This document shows, piece by piece, positions 1-13,400 of a stretch of 64,000 nucleotides of DNA. The notes under the pieces are model-generated. The model worked only from the letters and a program-made list of their open reading frames with translations, was not told where the DNA came from and did no database searches. The stretch comes from Narcine bancroftii (Eukaryota). The stretch's first letter is position 1. Each line of letters begins with the position of its first letter. The stretch lies in contig NC_091477.1 in assembly GCF_036971445.1 (NCBI RefSeq), positions 27,652,001 to 27,716,000 on the forward strand. Direction: 5' to 3'. Both the position numbers and the translations under genes were made by a program.

Positions 1-120
1 CCAATAGTAGGCCACCGGGAGAGAGCAGGCAGTGGGACCAGCAGGGGACTGTCAGCGGCAGTTTGTTTTTATAAAATGTTTTCTGCTATAGCTAAGCTAC
101 TTTTGTTTTCTCTTAGAAAT

Positions 121-325
121 TACAGCAGTATTATTATTAAAAAGATTTCTCCTGTTGTCCTAGTTGCAAGCTTTGTCCAAGTTTTTTTTCTGCTATACAA
201 TAACATTATATGCTTACCTATAAATACGCTAAAACAATTCTTAATATTCTCTGCTGAAATGGCCATGGTGGGGGGGGGGGGGGGTCCTTATATGCCTGTG
301 AGTCTTATATGACATCAAATATGGT
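121..325. repeat. Fragment of a non-autonomous DNA-transposon-like repeat; second copy at about 5027-5181
   Basis: About 140 bp (tacagcagtattattattaaaaagatttctcctgttgtcctagttgca...ctgctgaaat) recurs at 5027-5181. It ends in a Tc2/pogo-like terminus (cttatatg...gtcttatatgac..aaatatggta). Confidence 0.5.
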
Positions 326-2024
326 AGTTCTTCGTTAGTGTGCTGGTAGGAACACAATATGATGAATAACCTCCTTGTGCGCAATAGCAATTACTGGTAT
401 AGAGAAAACCATCTATTTACTCATATTCAGTTGAAGGAAATCTGTCCTCCTTACTGACTTTACTTAAATGTGTCCCAATGTGGTTCAATCTCTATTGTCT
501 CCTCGGTTAAGAGATAATTAGGGATGGGCAATAAATGGTGACGATACCAGTGATGTACACATCTTGTTGCAAATTAATTTTAAAAATTGCCACCATATTG
601 ATTCGGGATCTGCATATTGTATATCAATAATCTCTTTAAATAAGCAGAGTCGACACGTCTCTCTGCTGCCTCACCTGATGTTTCAGTTTGGACTGATTGA
701 GACGGAGTTTGGGAAGAAGAACACTTGTTGCTACCCGACAGTAACATGCAGTAGAACCATACCCAAGACCTTCCTGATCTGAATGTCTCAGCATTATTGC
801 TAATGCCTTAAGCATTCACTTGTAACATTACGGTTGGAATTGAGTAAATTGCATAAAGATACACTGGGCAAACATTGTTAAAAGGGGGTTATGTAGGATT
901 TTACAGAAAAGGCCATAAAATATTAAAAATATCTCATTAGAAATTGAAGCTTCTATGAGCTAGAATATTGCTGAACCAAATGGTAGATTTGATTTTTGAT
1001 GTACATTCAGTAATTACTCTGGGCAGTAGATGTCATTTCACAATTAATTTCAATATCTCTTAAACAAGCAAATTTCAATTTGACGGGATCACCCTTGGCT
1101 TTGATGGTCAAGTAGCTCACCGTCTCAATATTGGAAGATGACAAATCCCAATAGACCACAACTAAGTAAGCTGTGAAAAAAAAGGGACAAAGATATCTAG
1201 ATAGATTGAGGGACAATTCGGAGTTAAACTCATGAATTCACCTTTTCTTTCAACAATTATAAGTGTAGTTTTTTTTTTAAATGCATCTCTGAGAAAATTA
1301 TTTTGGGGAAATAAAAACAATTAACTATCTTGGTGTTCCATAAGACTCCTTGGAGACAAATTGCCACTGATCATATAATTAAATATCCTTTGAGTTATAA
1401 ATCCACTTAATTCTTTCCTTGATACCCATGGCTTTCTCTGTTTAGTCTAATCTAATTAAAATGTAATAAAAATAAGTGTAGAACTTTAAATGATACAGCT
1501 GATTATTCAGTCTTAGTTGCTTTAAATACATATTATTATAGGTTGACCTCAAGGCATCATAAGTTTGAGGTGAACAGACCAACAAAGTTCCAGACTCTTT
1601 CCATTTTACACTGAAACCTTTAACTTTAGTTGTGTAACATTGTGTAAAGCTTTGTGCTAAAGAGAAAGAGTTCAGCTCTGGTTGCTTCTACAGATTATTA
1701 TCGCGGTCTCTCTGAAACACAAATGTATAGGCATGTGAGGTATCAATATTGAGTAAGTAATCATGCGGTACATATTGTTTCTCACAATCAGATGGAGCAA
1801 AGGAAATAATTAAAACAGAAATGATAAGGTTGAAAAATCCCTCTTGACAAATATAAAGATTTTTTAAAGCGTTATATTGTATTAGAGAAAATAATAAGAA
1901 TTATTTTATTTGAATATGTCAGTTTTGTTATATTTGAGATATTTCTTTATTTTCTTTTATCCAATGTCAATATATTATTGCACTCTAAATACAATGTAAG
2001 GCAATTTGAAAAAATAACTCCTAC

Positions 2025-2299
2025 CTTGTTGTTTCCTTCCAATGAAATTCATTCCCACTAATTGGAATAAGTTCATCTAATTCAGTGAAGAGCGGAGGGA
2101 TCTTGGGTTCATCTTCTTCATCCAATGTAGAGCAGATCCTCTCAGTAGAAGATGAAGCTTTTATATTAAATATGCTTCTGCTTACTGCTTGTGAGATCAA
2201 AAGGGAACTGCGACTACATAATTCTGTCTTCCTTTCTCTGTCACTGGGTGCTTTGTTGATCTTACAGGAGAGCAACTCATTTTTCTCCTCTGGTGTCAT
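2025..2299 (-). CDS. SLC4A-family (NBCe/AE4-like) N-terminal cytoplasmic-domain coding exon; may be functional or a pseudogene remnant
   Basis: The ORF ends ...[44 protein letters not shown]. This matches SLC4A4 [45 protein letters not shown] (recalled). It ends at a phase-2 donor AG|GTAGGA at 2025. The 5' boundary is uncertain: Met at 2299 or an acceptor near 2160. Confidence 0.65.
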
Positions 2300-3749
2300 T
2301 GTCCATTTGGCGAAGTGTACTCAGGATCTGAAATTACTTGGGGTTGTGGCAAAGCCAAAACAGAAAGAACCACTGCTCTTTATATGCAGTGACCCATTAA
2401 TTCTCATTGGTTGCCAAGAGTACTGAATATCATCCTGACAACATTGAACTTTCCTGGAAAACTGCAGATAAAACTAGTTCAGTCCAGAGTGGTGCAGGTA
2501 CTTGCAACTGAAGGATGGTGCTCTATTTCAGAACACAAGAGCAGAACATAAAATTTTGTAAAACATCTGAAATTAGGGTCACTGGATATGTGCATAATAA
2601 CTATGTTCTGTTAATGATGTTATTATTATAAAATTTTAAAATTTAAACATACAGCAGGACAACAGGCCCTTCCGGCCCACGTGTCTAAATACACCAATTA
2701 ACCAATAACCCATAGTCCCTTATAAAGGTTTATATAGGTCAGCATAACATCAACAGGGGCTGAAGGGCTCATATTGTGCTGTGCATAAAGCATAATTATG
2801 TTATAATTAGACATGATTAATTTTGTTCAAATATAAGATGATAATACATTGATCAGGATTTCGGAAAGGTCCACCATCACTCAATGTGTCATGACATCAC
2901 CAGTTGAAGGTAGAAAAGTCCTAACCCCGGGGATGGCTCTTTGCAAATGTGAAAGCGTTCAGTGTCCCAGTTAGGAGTGGGGTCAGATGTGAAAAGCCAA
3001 ACTCCCACTCCTATCCCAGGACACTGAACGGCCAATTTAGTGGGACGCAAGTGTGAAAGGGGCTTAAGATTAAAATAGACCCATGCCTTTTAATTGCCTT
3101 GTTTGATTTTTCTCACGATCTGGATATACTTTGTTGGCATCTCAAGAGAAAGTTTTAGCAAGTTGATAGCCAGACAAGCAGTTTTAATGAAAAAGAAAGA
3201 TGAATCCACACCTACTCACACACAGTGGTTACATGATGTAATGTCTGATCTTAAGTTTAGAGAATATTAGAGACAATATTAAAGATGCAAAGTTTCCATT
3301 TGAAAAGATATGGGATCCATTCATAGAATACTATCACATTTGGCAGTTTTAGGTGATTTGGATGCTCCAGCAATTCTCTGTCTGTCCTCTGAGGGTCACT
3401 ACTTGATCCATTTTTGTATTTTTTTTGGTCCTATTAAGTAACTTTTATTGGGGGGGGGGGTGGTGGTTCAATTAAAATTAGGTTTTTTTAGATTAGTTGA
3501 TCATATGGTTGTCCTAGATCATAAGAAATACTTAGATATTATACCAAGGTATGATGAGTGTTGGTACAATGTTACCCAAGTGGTTTATATTCATAATCAT
3601 TTTAACAAATAATGTCAAATTAACAATTATGCTTTAAATTTGTTGTAAAATGCATTTATATTAATTATATATGTGTACATCGTGATATTCTTTGCGGTAT
3701 TAGTAGAAAATGTATATAGGATTATTATGTTAAACAATAAAAATATCCA

Positions 3750-4325
3750 GTGCTCCCGCAGCTTCCACACAATCTTCAGTCCAAACCATCAGCAACCTGA
3801 GATCCAGGTGTAAACCTCTAACACGATCAGGAAGCCCCCAGCGCCCTCGGCACCCTCTCACTTCTTCGTTCCAATACCTGGTACACCTTCACCCAGCCTC
3901 AAGCCAGTCTCCAGCACTGCGCAGTCTGAAGTGAGTACCTTGACTGCATTCGCGAACAGCCTATAGCCTGCATGAGTTCCTCACCTAGAATCACCAACAG
4001 CTCGCAACCTGTATATTCCTCAGCCTCAGAGCCCCTCACTGTTCCGCTGCTGTGGTCATGGTCTTGTGGGCCATCTCCTCTGCTCTCCTTCTCAAACTGT
4101 GGGGGGGGGGGGAGGGGAAGAGGAGTGTTCTCCCCATTTTCCCATGTCCTACTCCAGTCCTCTGCTTCCCTGGAGTCTGTAACCCCTTGAGGTCGAGGTC
4201 ACTGGCGAACAATGGCGCCACCATCTTGGGACCAGATTTTCCTGCGGTCGCAGGATTCTTTATTCCTGTAAAGGTGTAGGCTCTTACTCGGGTAGATTTT
4301 AAAAGAAATCCTACAGGATCCAAGA
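3750..4325 (-). repeat. Unclassified GC-richer interspersed repeat; related copies near 22900-23460, 38930-39345 and 60130-60355
   Basis: Several copies share blocks such as gagttcctcacctagaatcaccaacagc / gggttcctcccctcgagtcaccaacaacc and ggcgccaccatcttgg. Confidence 0.5.
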
Positions 4326-4559
4326 TGGATTTCTTTCATGTGTTCTCATGCCCAGTCACCACCATCATTCAAGAGTGGAGCAAGATTATGGATGACCTTA
4401 AAATTGAGGTTAATTTTAGAATCTTGACTTCTTCCACAGCAGAGATGGTGCATAATAAGGATAATGAACACAGGCCACTAATATTTATACTGCTGAGTTC
4501 CAGAATCAGATTCAAGTTTGTTGCCTTGAATATACGTTGCCTTGAATATATGTCATTAA

Positions 4560-5020
4560 ATTTGATGTTTTGCAATCTCAGCGTCGTGAAGAACAAGGTC
4601 CAAAACTATTATAATAAATTACAATTCTGTAAATACAAGATTTTTAAAAATAAATAACTAGCACAAAAAAAAAGTGAATTAGTATCTATAAGTTGAATGT
4701 CTGTTTAGAAATCTGATGGCAGAGGGGAAGAAGCTGGTTTTGTAATGAGTGTTTTCAGGTTCCTGTACCTCCTTAGCAGTTTGAAAAGGGCATGGCCTGG
4801 GTAGTGAGGGTCCTTGATGATAGAAGCTGCTTTCTTAAGGCACCTCTTCTTAAAGTTTTCATTAATGGAGTGAAGACTAATGTCTGTGACAGCACTGGCC
4901 AAGTTTACAATCCTCTGAGGCCTATTCCTGTCCTGTGCATTGGCACCACTATACCAGACAGCAATGCAACCAGTCACAGTGTTCTCCATGGTACACCTGA
5001 AGAAATTTACAAGTGCTTTT
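4560..5020 (-). mobile_element. Rex1/Babar-like LINE 3' fragment
   Basis: Translation GCIAVWYSGANAQDRNRPQRIVNLAS...RCLKKAASIIKDPHYPGHALFKLLRRYRNLKT is the typical C-terminal RT-associated segment of Rex-type LINEs. Confidence 0.65.
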
Positions 5021-6524
5021 GTAAACTACAGCCGTATTATTATTAAAAAGATTTCTCCTGTTGTCCTAGTTGCATGCTTTGTCCAAGTTTTTTTTTCTGC
5101 TATACTGTAGCTACATAATTCAATAACATTAAATGCTTACCTGCAAATACACTAAAAAAAGGTAATATTCCCTGCTGAAATAGAGCTGCTGGGATGCTTT
5201 CTTCATAATTGCATTGACATGATGCCCCAAGGATCAAATAATTCAACCATCTTTCTTATACTCATAACCAAAGTAAATTTTTTGACTTCTTAAATTGAAA
5301 TGATAGTCTAGTATTTTTCTGTGTATATTTCATTTTCATCGTAATAAGAAGCAACATTTTACAATGTTCACATTTTGTACAATTAATTCTCCACAATTAA
5401 CAATACTATTACTTCAGCACAATGGCGTATTGGCCAGAATCCAATAAAATCATTATACAAATGTGCATAACAAAGTCTTTCAAAAATAAGCTACAATGTT
5501 TACTGTGAAAATAATAGAATATATACAAAAACAAAATACATTATTCAGTGTATTATTATAAAAACAACATTGTAACAGCAAAACAAATCTTACTCAAAGA
5601 TAAGGTATCCTAAAAAAAAAGTAATTTTGAAAGTACCGGTACATTTGTTTCTTTCACAGGCTTTCTTCTAAAAAAAATGGGATAGGATTGGCTTTGCTAT
5701 CTGATGCACCAGATACTCTCTGATAGATAATTAAATGTCATAAACCAAGTAAGTAATACTAGTGCATTATTCAGGCATAGAAAGTACTATATTCCATGCT
5801 ATTGCCAACCAACATCCACATCTGCACTTGTTGGAGATTTCTGAGCAAAACAGAAAGTCTGGCTAAACCCCTCTCCCAAAACCATTAAGTATATCAAGAA
5901 GAATAATAGCATAATAGCATTACTTTTCTAGATAACTCAACTTCAGGATGATCTGTTTAAACACTGCCAATGGCCAGAAAAAACCATTCATAAATTAGCT
6001 GGCCTTGCTGAGTGAAATAAAGTCAGGTGAATGGTGTAATTTGCTTGAATCATTCAATTTTGACTGGCACAACCAAGCTTATAGTCGTTGATTGTTGAAC
6101 AACTGGTGTGCTTTGAGCAATTTCTGGTTTTGGGTGGGAAACTGACCATTTTACTAGCTGGTTTGGGGGGTTCAAGGCAGAGGGTTGCTGGAAAAGAAGG
6201 AATTAAGGAACACAATGGCACAGCTGATAAAGCCATGGCCTCACTGCGTCAGACACCCAGGTTTAATCCAGATCTTGAGTGCTGGTCATGTGTAGTTTGC
6301 ATGTTCTCACTCTGACTGTATGGATTTCCTCCGTGCTTTGGTTTCCAAAATATGTGTGGATTAGTTGGTTAACTGGATACTATCAATTTTCTCCTGTATA
6401 CAAATAAGAGGTAAAATCTTGTAGGAGTTGATGAAAAAGGAAAGAGAAGAAAAATATATGATTAATGAAGGATTAGTGTAAATGACTTGCTGATGGAATC
6501 TACTCATGACAAGTGAATAGTATT

Positions 6525-6975
6525 AAAATAAAAACACAATGCTGGAGAAACTCAGCAGGTTAAACAGTGTATTTTACATAGCAAAGATAAAGATAGATAA
6601 TAAACATTTTGGGCTTGAGCCCTTCATCTGGGTATGAGCAAAATGTAGACAGGCACCTGAACAAAATGGTGGGGGGGATGGGCAGGGGAGGAGCACAGTG
6701 CCACAGCAGGAGGTAATTGGGGGCTAAAGGTGGGAGGGCACACCAGAAAAGAAGGGGAGGGAGATAGGTCTATGAATGGAAAGGGAAAGGGGTGGTGAGC
6801 TAGAAGGAAGAAGACAGGGGAAAAGAGGAAGAACGGAGAGTAGGTGAGCAGTAACTGGAGAAATCAATGTGAATGCCATCCGGCTGGAGAGGGCCCAGAC
6901 AGAATATTAGGTGTTGCTCCTCCAATTTACGGGTGGTCTAGGTTTGAGAGTACACGAGGCCATGGGCAGACATGT
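6525..6975 (-). mobile_element. Penelope-like retroelement 3' fragment
   Basis: The minus strand reads MSAHGLVYSQT*TTRKLEEQHLIFCLGPLQPDGIHIDFS (GIY-YIG C-terminal region). A pyrimidine tract and a degenerate (c)tgatgaagggctcaagccc(g)aaa terminal motif follow. Confidence 0.65.
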
Positions 6976-7019
6976 TTACCCTGAAGAAGTAAATGGTGTT
7001 GCATTTTAGGAACCCAAAT

Positions 7020-8030
7020 AAGTCAAATATACTTCAATTGTCCTGGTATTGACTGCCACCTCCTTAGGGCAAAAGGATCAGATGGAATAAATTGCTAGGT
7101 GTGTCCAAAAGAGATTCCTGACACAGTATGTGGACAAGCCAACTAGAGGAGAGGCCATGCTGGGCTTTGTACTGGGTAATGAACCTTGGTAGGTTGATAG
7201 TGGCCACAACTTCTTGACCTTTAGCATCACATAGGAGTAGGCAAAATGGGAAAGGTTTTAACTTGAAAATTACAATAGGATAAGTCAGGAGCTTGGGAGA
7301 GTAAATTAGGAACAGATGCTCTCAGGGAAATGAACAGAATGTTTAGAGATCAATTGTGCAGGGTTCTAGATAGGTTTTTCCCCATTGAGACAGGGAAAAG
7401 ATCATTGGGTAAAGGAACTGTGGTCAAGAAGAGAAGTGGGACAACTAGACAAGAGGAAGAAGGAAATATGCATAAGGTTAAGGAAACAAAAGTCAGGAAG
7501 GGTTCATGAGAATGATTTGGTAGTAAAGAAGAAACTTAGGTGAGCAAGAAATTCTTGGTATGATAAAGCCTTGGCAGTTGGATGAAGGAAAACTCTAAAG
7601 CAGGGGTGGCCAACCATTTAATTTTAAATTTAGACATACAGCATAGTAACAGGCCATTTCGGTCTATGTGTCCATGGCGCCCAAATTAACCTACACTCCT
7701 GGTACGTATACGTCGCCTGAAATAGCCTGTTACCGTGCTGTATGTCTAAATTAAAGATTAAAAATTAAAAGATTGGCCACCCCTGCTCTAAAGACTAATG
7801 TGCTGGAGAGTGTCGAAGTCAAGAAAGGGGAAGTGCTGAATCTTATTAAAAATATTCAGAAAGATAAGTGCTTGGACCTGATATGATATACACCAGCTTG
7901 CTACACAAAGCAATGGAAGATATCGCTGGTATATGGTGATGATTTTTTTTTGCCACGAGAAAGGTACCAGAAGATTGAAGAATGGCAAATGTAGTCCTCT
8001 TGCACAAGCAAGGCTATGGGAAAATTCTGG
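7020..8030 (+). mobile_element. Degenerate CR1 LINE fragment, interrupted by a MITE
   Basis: Decayed endonuclease/RT-like frames (FLTQYVDKPTRGEAMLGFVLGNEP; ...GPDMIYTSLL) with many stops. Confidence 0.55.
7601..7785. mobile_element. hAT (Charlie-type) MITE, 185 bp
   Basis: TIRs caggggtggccaa ... ttggccacccctg. Perfect 8-bp TSD ctctaaag at 7593-7600 and 7786-7793. Confidence 0.85.
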
Positions 8031-8459
8031 ACCATTGCATGCCACATTCTTCACTCAGGTAAATAATAAACAAAGGATACATTCAGGGAAAAGTAGATTT
8101 AAATATACAAGTCAGTTTAATAGCAGATTTGACTAAAGCCAGCCAAATTCAGGCAGATCCAGAATGCATGTTGTATACCATATACAAACTGATGACTGCA
8201 TTTGCAATGAAAACAAAGGCAGTGGAAGTAAACAGCAACAGGAGAACATCATGGTTTTTATTACAGAAACAAACATTATTATTTTATGGTAATTTTGAAT
8301 GACAAAACAAGCTAGTTAGCAGTAGGTGTGGAAATTCAGACGCAGCAACAAAATATCACGTGAACCTAGCTGCGGATTTACTGAAGATAGAGAGGTTAAT
8401 TTATGATAAACAAAATTAGAAAAGCAAAACAAATTTTGAATTGCATCATGCAAGAAGCA

Positions 8460-10126
8460 TTGGGGGCACGGAGTGTAATGGCATAGGGGAACAAGGCGGA
8501 TTTACAACTTTCCCGGGGGATTAAAATATAAAGCCCGAATTAAAAATTGATTTTAAATATAAAATATATCAAAATCTTCCTGGAAGCTGTTGGATATGGC
8601 AGCTAGAGGAAGGAAAGCAACAAGAGATAAGAAAATTGTAAGTAAAGATACCAATAAAATCGAAGACCTCAAGTTCCAAAGCCCCCGTGACTAACTTGAG
8701 CAAAGTGGATACCGGGGAAGATGGCGCTGGATCGATCCAGATGTCCCCTGAAGAATATACTAACCTATGCGCATGCGCAAAGGTTTACCTCCATGCATGC
8801 CTGAAGAGGAAGGATATGCTTTGGAATGGTCGCTCCATAGCTCCATTCCCAGTGGTGCTGGCGGAATGAAAAAATTGCAGACAGATATATCAGAAATACC
8901 ACAGCTGAGTACCTTCAGTTTTGATAGCTGGTGATCAAGAAAAAAAACGGGGAATCAAACAGAGTCAGATCAAGATGAAGATGATCAAGAAGATGGAGAG
9001 GAAATACTGGGGGCTTCAGGTCTTGGGAAAAAAAACAAATATGAAAAATCTTTACTTACTAATAATGGGTCAATATCAAGTAACAAGGGTTGATATTAAA
9101 TATGTTAGATCTGTCATGAAGGTTAAAAGTGAAATGTTGAAGTATGCTTCAGAAGTGAATGAAGTTAAAGCAATAATCCAAAGAGTTGATTTAGATTTGC
9201 AGAGAGTTAAAAATGATATGGCCATCTACATGGATAGAATTGAAAGGGTCGAAAATTCAGATATACTCTGGGAAAAACAGAGGAAAGAAATGATGGATAA
9301 GATGGATATGTTGGAAAATAAAAGTAGACGGAATAACATTAAGATTGTTGGCCTTAAAGATTTTGAAAGAAATGGATATCCTGTAGAATTGTTTCAAAAA
9401 TGGATTCCTAGAATCTTGGGGGAAGAAAATTTTCCAAATAGAATTGAATTGGAAAGGGCTTGTAGAGCTTTACAGAGGAAGCCACTGCCAAATCAGCCAT
9501 CTCGAGCTATATTGATTATTGCGATATCAAGATAAAGAGAAAATTTAAGGTTGGCAGTCCAGAAAGCAAGGCAGGACATGGAACCTACAGTTATTGATGG
9601 AAATCAAATTTTCTTTTATGCAGATTTAAGTAAAGCAGTGGTGGATAGAATAAAGCAATTTCATCCAATGAGGGTGATTCTTTGGAAAAAAGGCTATAAG
9701 TTTACTTTTAAATATCCAGCTATGTTGAAGATGTTTTTGGTGAATGAACAACCCAAGTTCTTTATGGATGAAAAAGAAGCACAAAGATTTGCAGAGTTTC
9801 TTCCTACTATTAAGGAAGAACAGCAATAATTGTTGAGCTTAAGTCATCAATGAGAAGTTCAAAGAGAGTTGCTGCAGATTCAAATTACACTGAAGAAGGC
9901 TGTGCCGAAGTAGATTGGAAACTGTCAAAGAGTTACAGTTGGAGCCAGAAACCCAGACAGAAACATCTTTAATTGATGATGACCTTGGTAAGCAATTTAT
10001 TATTTCCTAATGTGTAATTAATTAATTTTTCCCCTTGACTGGTGGGGGGGGGGGGGGGGGGCGGGGGAGAAAGAGTTGGATGTTCTTCCTTGCTTGCCAC
10101 GACCCATATGGTGGAGGGAAATAGTG
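8460..10126 (+). mobile_element. L1 LINE 5' UTR and ORF1 (degenerate); host of the Gypsy insertion
   Basis: ORFs 8921-9535 and 9551-9829 contain L1 ORF1p motifs (LENKSRRNNIKIVGL, IELERACRAL, IFFYADLS, YPAMLK), with frameshifts. Confidence 0.8.
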
Positions 10127-10130
10127 CTGT

Positions 10131-10421
10131 TGTGGCGGCTCACCACAAGGCAGGCGAACCAGCCCTGCTTGTAGGCCACGCGGTGGAGCAGCCGGCCAAA
10201 ATGGCACTGTCGGGGTTTCCCTTCCTTCCAGCTCGAGGCTCAGAAACCCGTGCTTGGGGACCACGTGACGCCCGGGTGACGTCAGCACCCTCCAGCGCAG
10301 TTCTCAGCCAGGCCCGGGCTGGGAGTGTAAGTGCAGCCCAGCAGCCTGCAATAGTCTGCTCACTGAGCTCAACCCGTCTGGTTACGTGTGTTATTGCAGA
10401 AGCAGTGTAGCTGCCACTACA
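10131..10421 (+). repeat. 5' LTR
   Basis: tgtggcggct...gccactaca; aligns to 14153-14438 with roughly 10% substitutions (counted by eye) and small indels. Confidence 0.9.
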
Positions 10422-10423
10422 AT

Positions 10424-10436
10424 TGGTGACCCCGAC
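10424..10436 (+). other. Primer-binding site complementary to the tRNA-Trp 3' end
   Basis: TGGTGACCCCGAC immediately after the 5' LTR. Confidence 0.8.
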
Positions 10437-13400
10437 TGGTTCAAACATCTTTGAACCCATCATGAGCGAGCCTGGGATCAGCGTTATAGCCGTGAAACTG
10501 CCTGAATTCTGGGTTCAGGAGCTGGAGACCTGGTTCGTCCACACAGAGGCCCAGTTTCACCTTCGCCAGATTTTGTCCGACATGACCAAATTCTACCATG
10601 AGGTCGCTGCCCTGGACCAGGCCACCTCCAGACGCGTGCTGCATTTTGTTCAGCACCCACCTGCCAAGGACAAGTACGAGACTATCAAGCGAGTACTTAC
10701 TGGGTCCCTCGGACTATCCAGAGACCAGGGTGCCGCTCAGGTGCTGCACCTTGACGCCCTGGGGGACAGGTCACCGATGGAACTGATGGACGAAATGCTC
10801 GCGCTCAAGGGTGAGCACACCAACTGCCCACTTTTTGAGTGCATCCTCCTTGAACATATGCCTGGGGACATCTGCCTGCTGCTGGTTCTGGAGAGCTTCA
10901 CTGACCCGTGGAAGGCCCAAGAGCTATGGCTTGTTCGATTCTCAGAAGGCTCAGTGGTCCAGTAGGTCACAAGTCACGGGCACTACCACGCCAAGCCCGC
11001 CCCTAGCGCTGCGGTAGAGCACCCAGCCCCTGCAGGGGTCTCGAGCATAACCAAGGCCACAGCATCCGCTTCAGGCCTCTGCTTCTACCACCAGCGCTGG
11101 GGAGCCAAGGCTCAGAAGTGTCATCAGCCCTGCTCGTTCCAGAGTAACGACCAGGCTGCCCGCTGTTAATGGCTGCAGTGGCTGGCCAAAGACACAGCCT
11201 TCTCTACCTGCGCGACTCAGTCAGTGGCCGGCGGTTCTTCGTTGACACTGGAGCCCAGATCAACATCATTCCGGCCATGTCCATCGAATCCAGGAATCGA
11301 CCTCGTGGACCTCCCCTCCTTGCGGCCAACGCAATGGCAATCCGGACATTTGGAGACAAGACAGTCCACTTCCAGATCGGTCAACGGAATTTCGCGTGGA
11401 GGTTCACCGTCTCGTCCTTCCTGACTGCCATCCTGGGTGCAGACTTGATCCTCACACATGGGCTTCTGGTGGACATTCGAGGTAAGCACCTGGAGGACGT
11501 CCATTCCTTCCAGGCCGTTTGCCTCGACGCCTCCCGCTTGGAGCCACTGCAGATGGCCACGATCAGCACGCCCAGAGACTAGTTCCAACAGATCCTGGAT
11601 GAGTTCCCAACACTCCTCATGCCATATTTCTCCGCTGAGTCGCCGCGCCATGGGATATTTCACCACATCCCCACCCAGGGCTCGCTGGTTCACGCCAAGG
11701 CACACCGGCTCCTGCCTGACAAGCTCCAGGTAGTGAAGGAGGAGTTTTCACACCTGTTGGAGATGGGGATCATTCGGCGGTAATGACAGCCCATGGGCCT
11801 CACTGCTCCACCTAGTCAAGAAAGCCTCCGGCAGCTGGCGTCCCTGCAGAGACTATCAACGGCTCAACGAGGCAACCATTCCTGACCATTAACCCATCCC
11901 TCACCAAGGTTGACCTGGTGCGCGGATATCACCAGATCCCGGTGCACCCTGAGGACATACCCAAGATGGCCATCATCACCCCCTTTGGCCTGTTTGAATT
12001 CCTGCGCATGCCGTTCGGGCTCAAGAACGCCGCTCAGACCTTCCAGCACCTCATGGACTCAGTGGACGGGGTCCTGGATTTCATCTTCATTTACTTAGAT
12101 GAGATCCTCATTGCTAGCAGGGATCGGGCACAACACAAGGCCCACCTATGTGCCCTTTTCTCCCAACTGACTGACTTCGGTCTTACCATCAACCCAGCCA
12201 AGTGCCAGTTCGGGAAAGAGTCCATGCAGTTCCTGGGCCATACCATCACGGCCGAAGGAGCCACACCCGCCACTGTGAAGGTTGCTGCTATCAGGGAGTT
12301 CCCACACCTGAACAGCCTCAAGGGGCTGCAGGAGTTCATGGGTATAGTCAACTTTTACAACCCCTTCATCCCGGGAGCTGCACGCATCGTGCAGCCACTG
12401 TTTGCCCTCATCGCAGCCAAGCAGAAGACGCTCACTTGGAACCCAGAAGCCTGCATTACATTCGAGGCCACCAAGGACGCCCTCACGAAGGCCACCCGCA
12501 CACCGACCTGCATATGGCACTCTGTCGATGCCTCTGCCACAGCCGTCGGTGCCGTCCTGGAACAGCAGGTGAATAGGCATCGGAAGCCGCTGGCATTCTT
12601 CAGCCGCTTGCTCCACCCTGCGGAATGCAAATATAGTGCCTTCGACCGCGAGTTACTGGGCATGTACCTGGCAGTGCAGCATTTCCGCTACTTTTTTGGA
12701 GGGGAGGACTTTTACCATCTTCACCGACCACAAACCCCTCACCCAGATGCTCGCGATGGCAAAGGATCCCTGGTCGGCCCACCAGCAGTGTCATCTCTCC
12801 TTTGTCTTGGAGTTTACCACTGACATTCGGCACAAGGCGGGGAAGGACAATGTGGTTGCCGATGCACTCTCACGACCGGCCATCTGCGCGCTGACGCCTG
12901 GCCTCAATTTCGATCAGTTCACCCAGGACCAGGAAGCTGATGAGGAGACGAGGGCCTTCAAGACCGCCATCACCGGCCTGCGGTTCCGAGGCCTCCCGAC
13001 TCCGGGCGGCAAAGGCACCATCCTGTGCGATATCTCCTTGGGTACCCTGCGGCAAGTGGTTCCGCAGCAGTGGCGCAGGCAGGTCTTCCATCACATCCAC
13101 GACCTTTACATCCGTTCATTAGATCCAAGGTCCGGATGGTGGCAGAACGTTTCGTATGGCATGGGCTACGGAAGCAGATTGCGGGCTGGGCCAGAACATG
13201 CACCCATTGCCAGATGTCCAAGGTGCACAGGCACACCAGGGCGCTTGTACAGGAGTTCAAGCACGTCCGGGAACGATTCAGCTTCATTCACGTGGACATC
13301 GTCAGGCCCTTACCCGTTTCCTGGGGCAACCGTTACCTGTTTACGGTGGTGGACTGCACCACTCACTGGCCTGAGGCGATCCCGATGCCAAACACCTCCA

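Noticed and set aside
2085-2426. 113-aa plus-strand ORF
   Set aside because: Antisense shadow of the SLC4A-like exon; no independent support.
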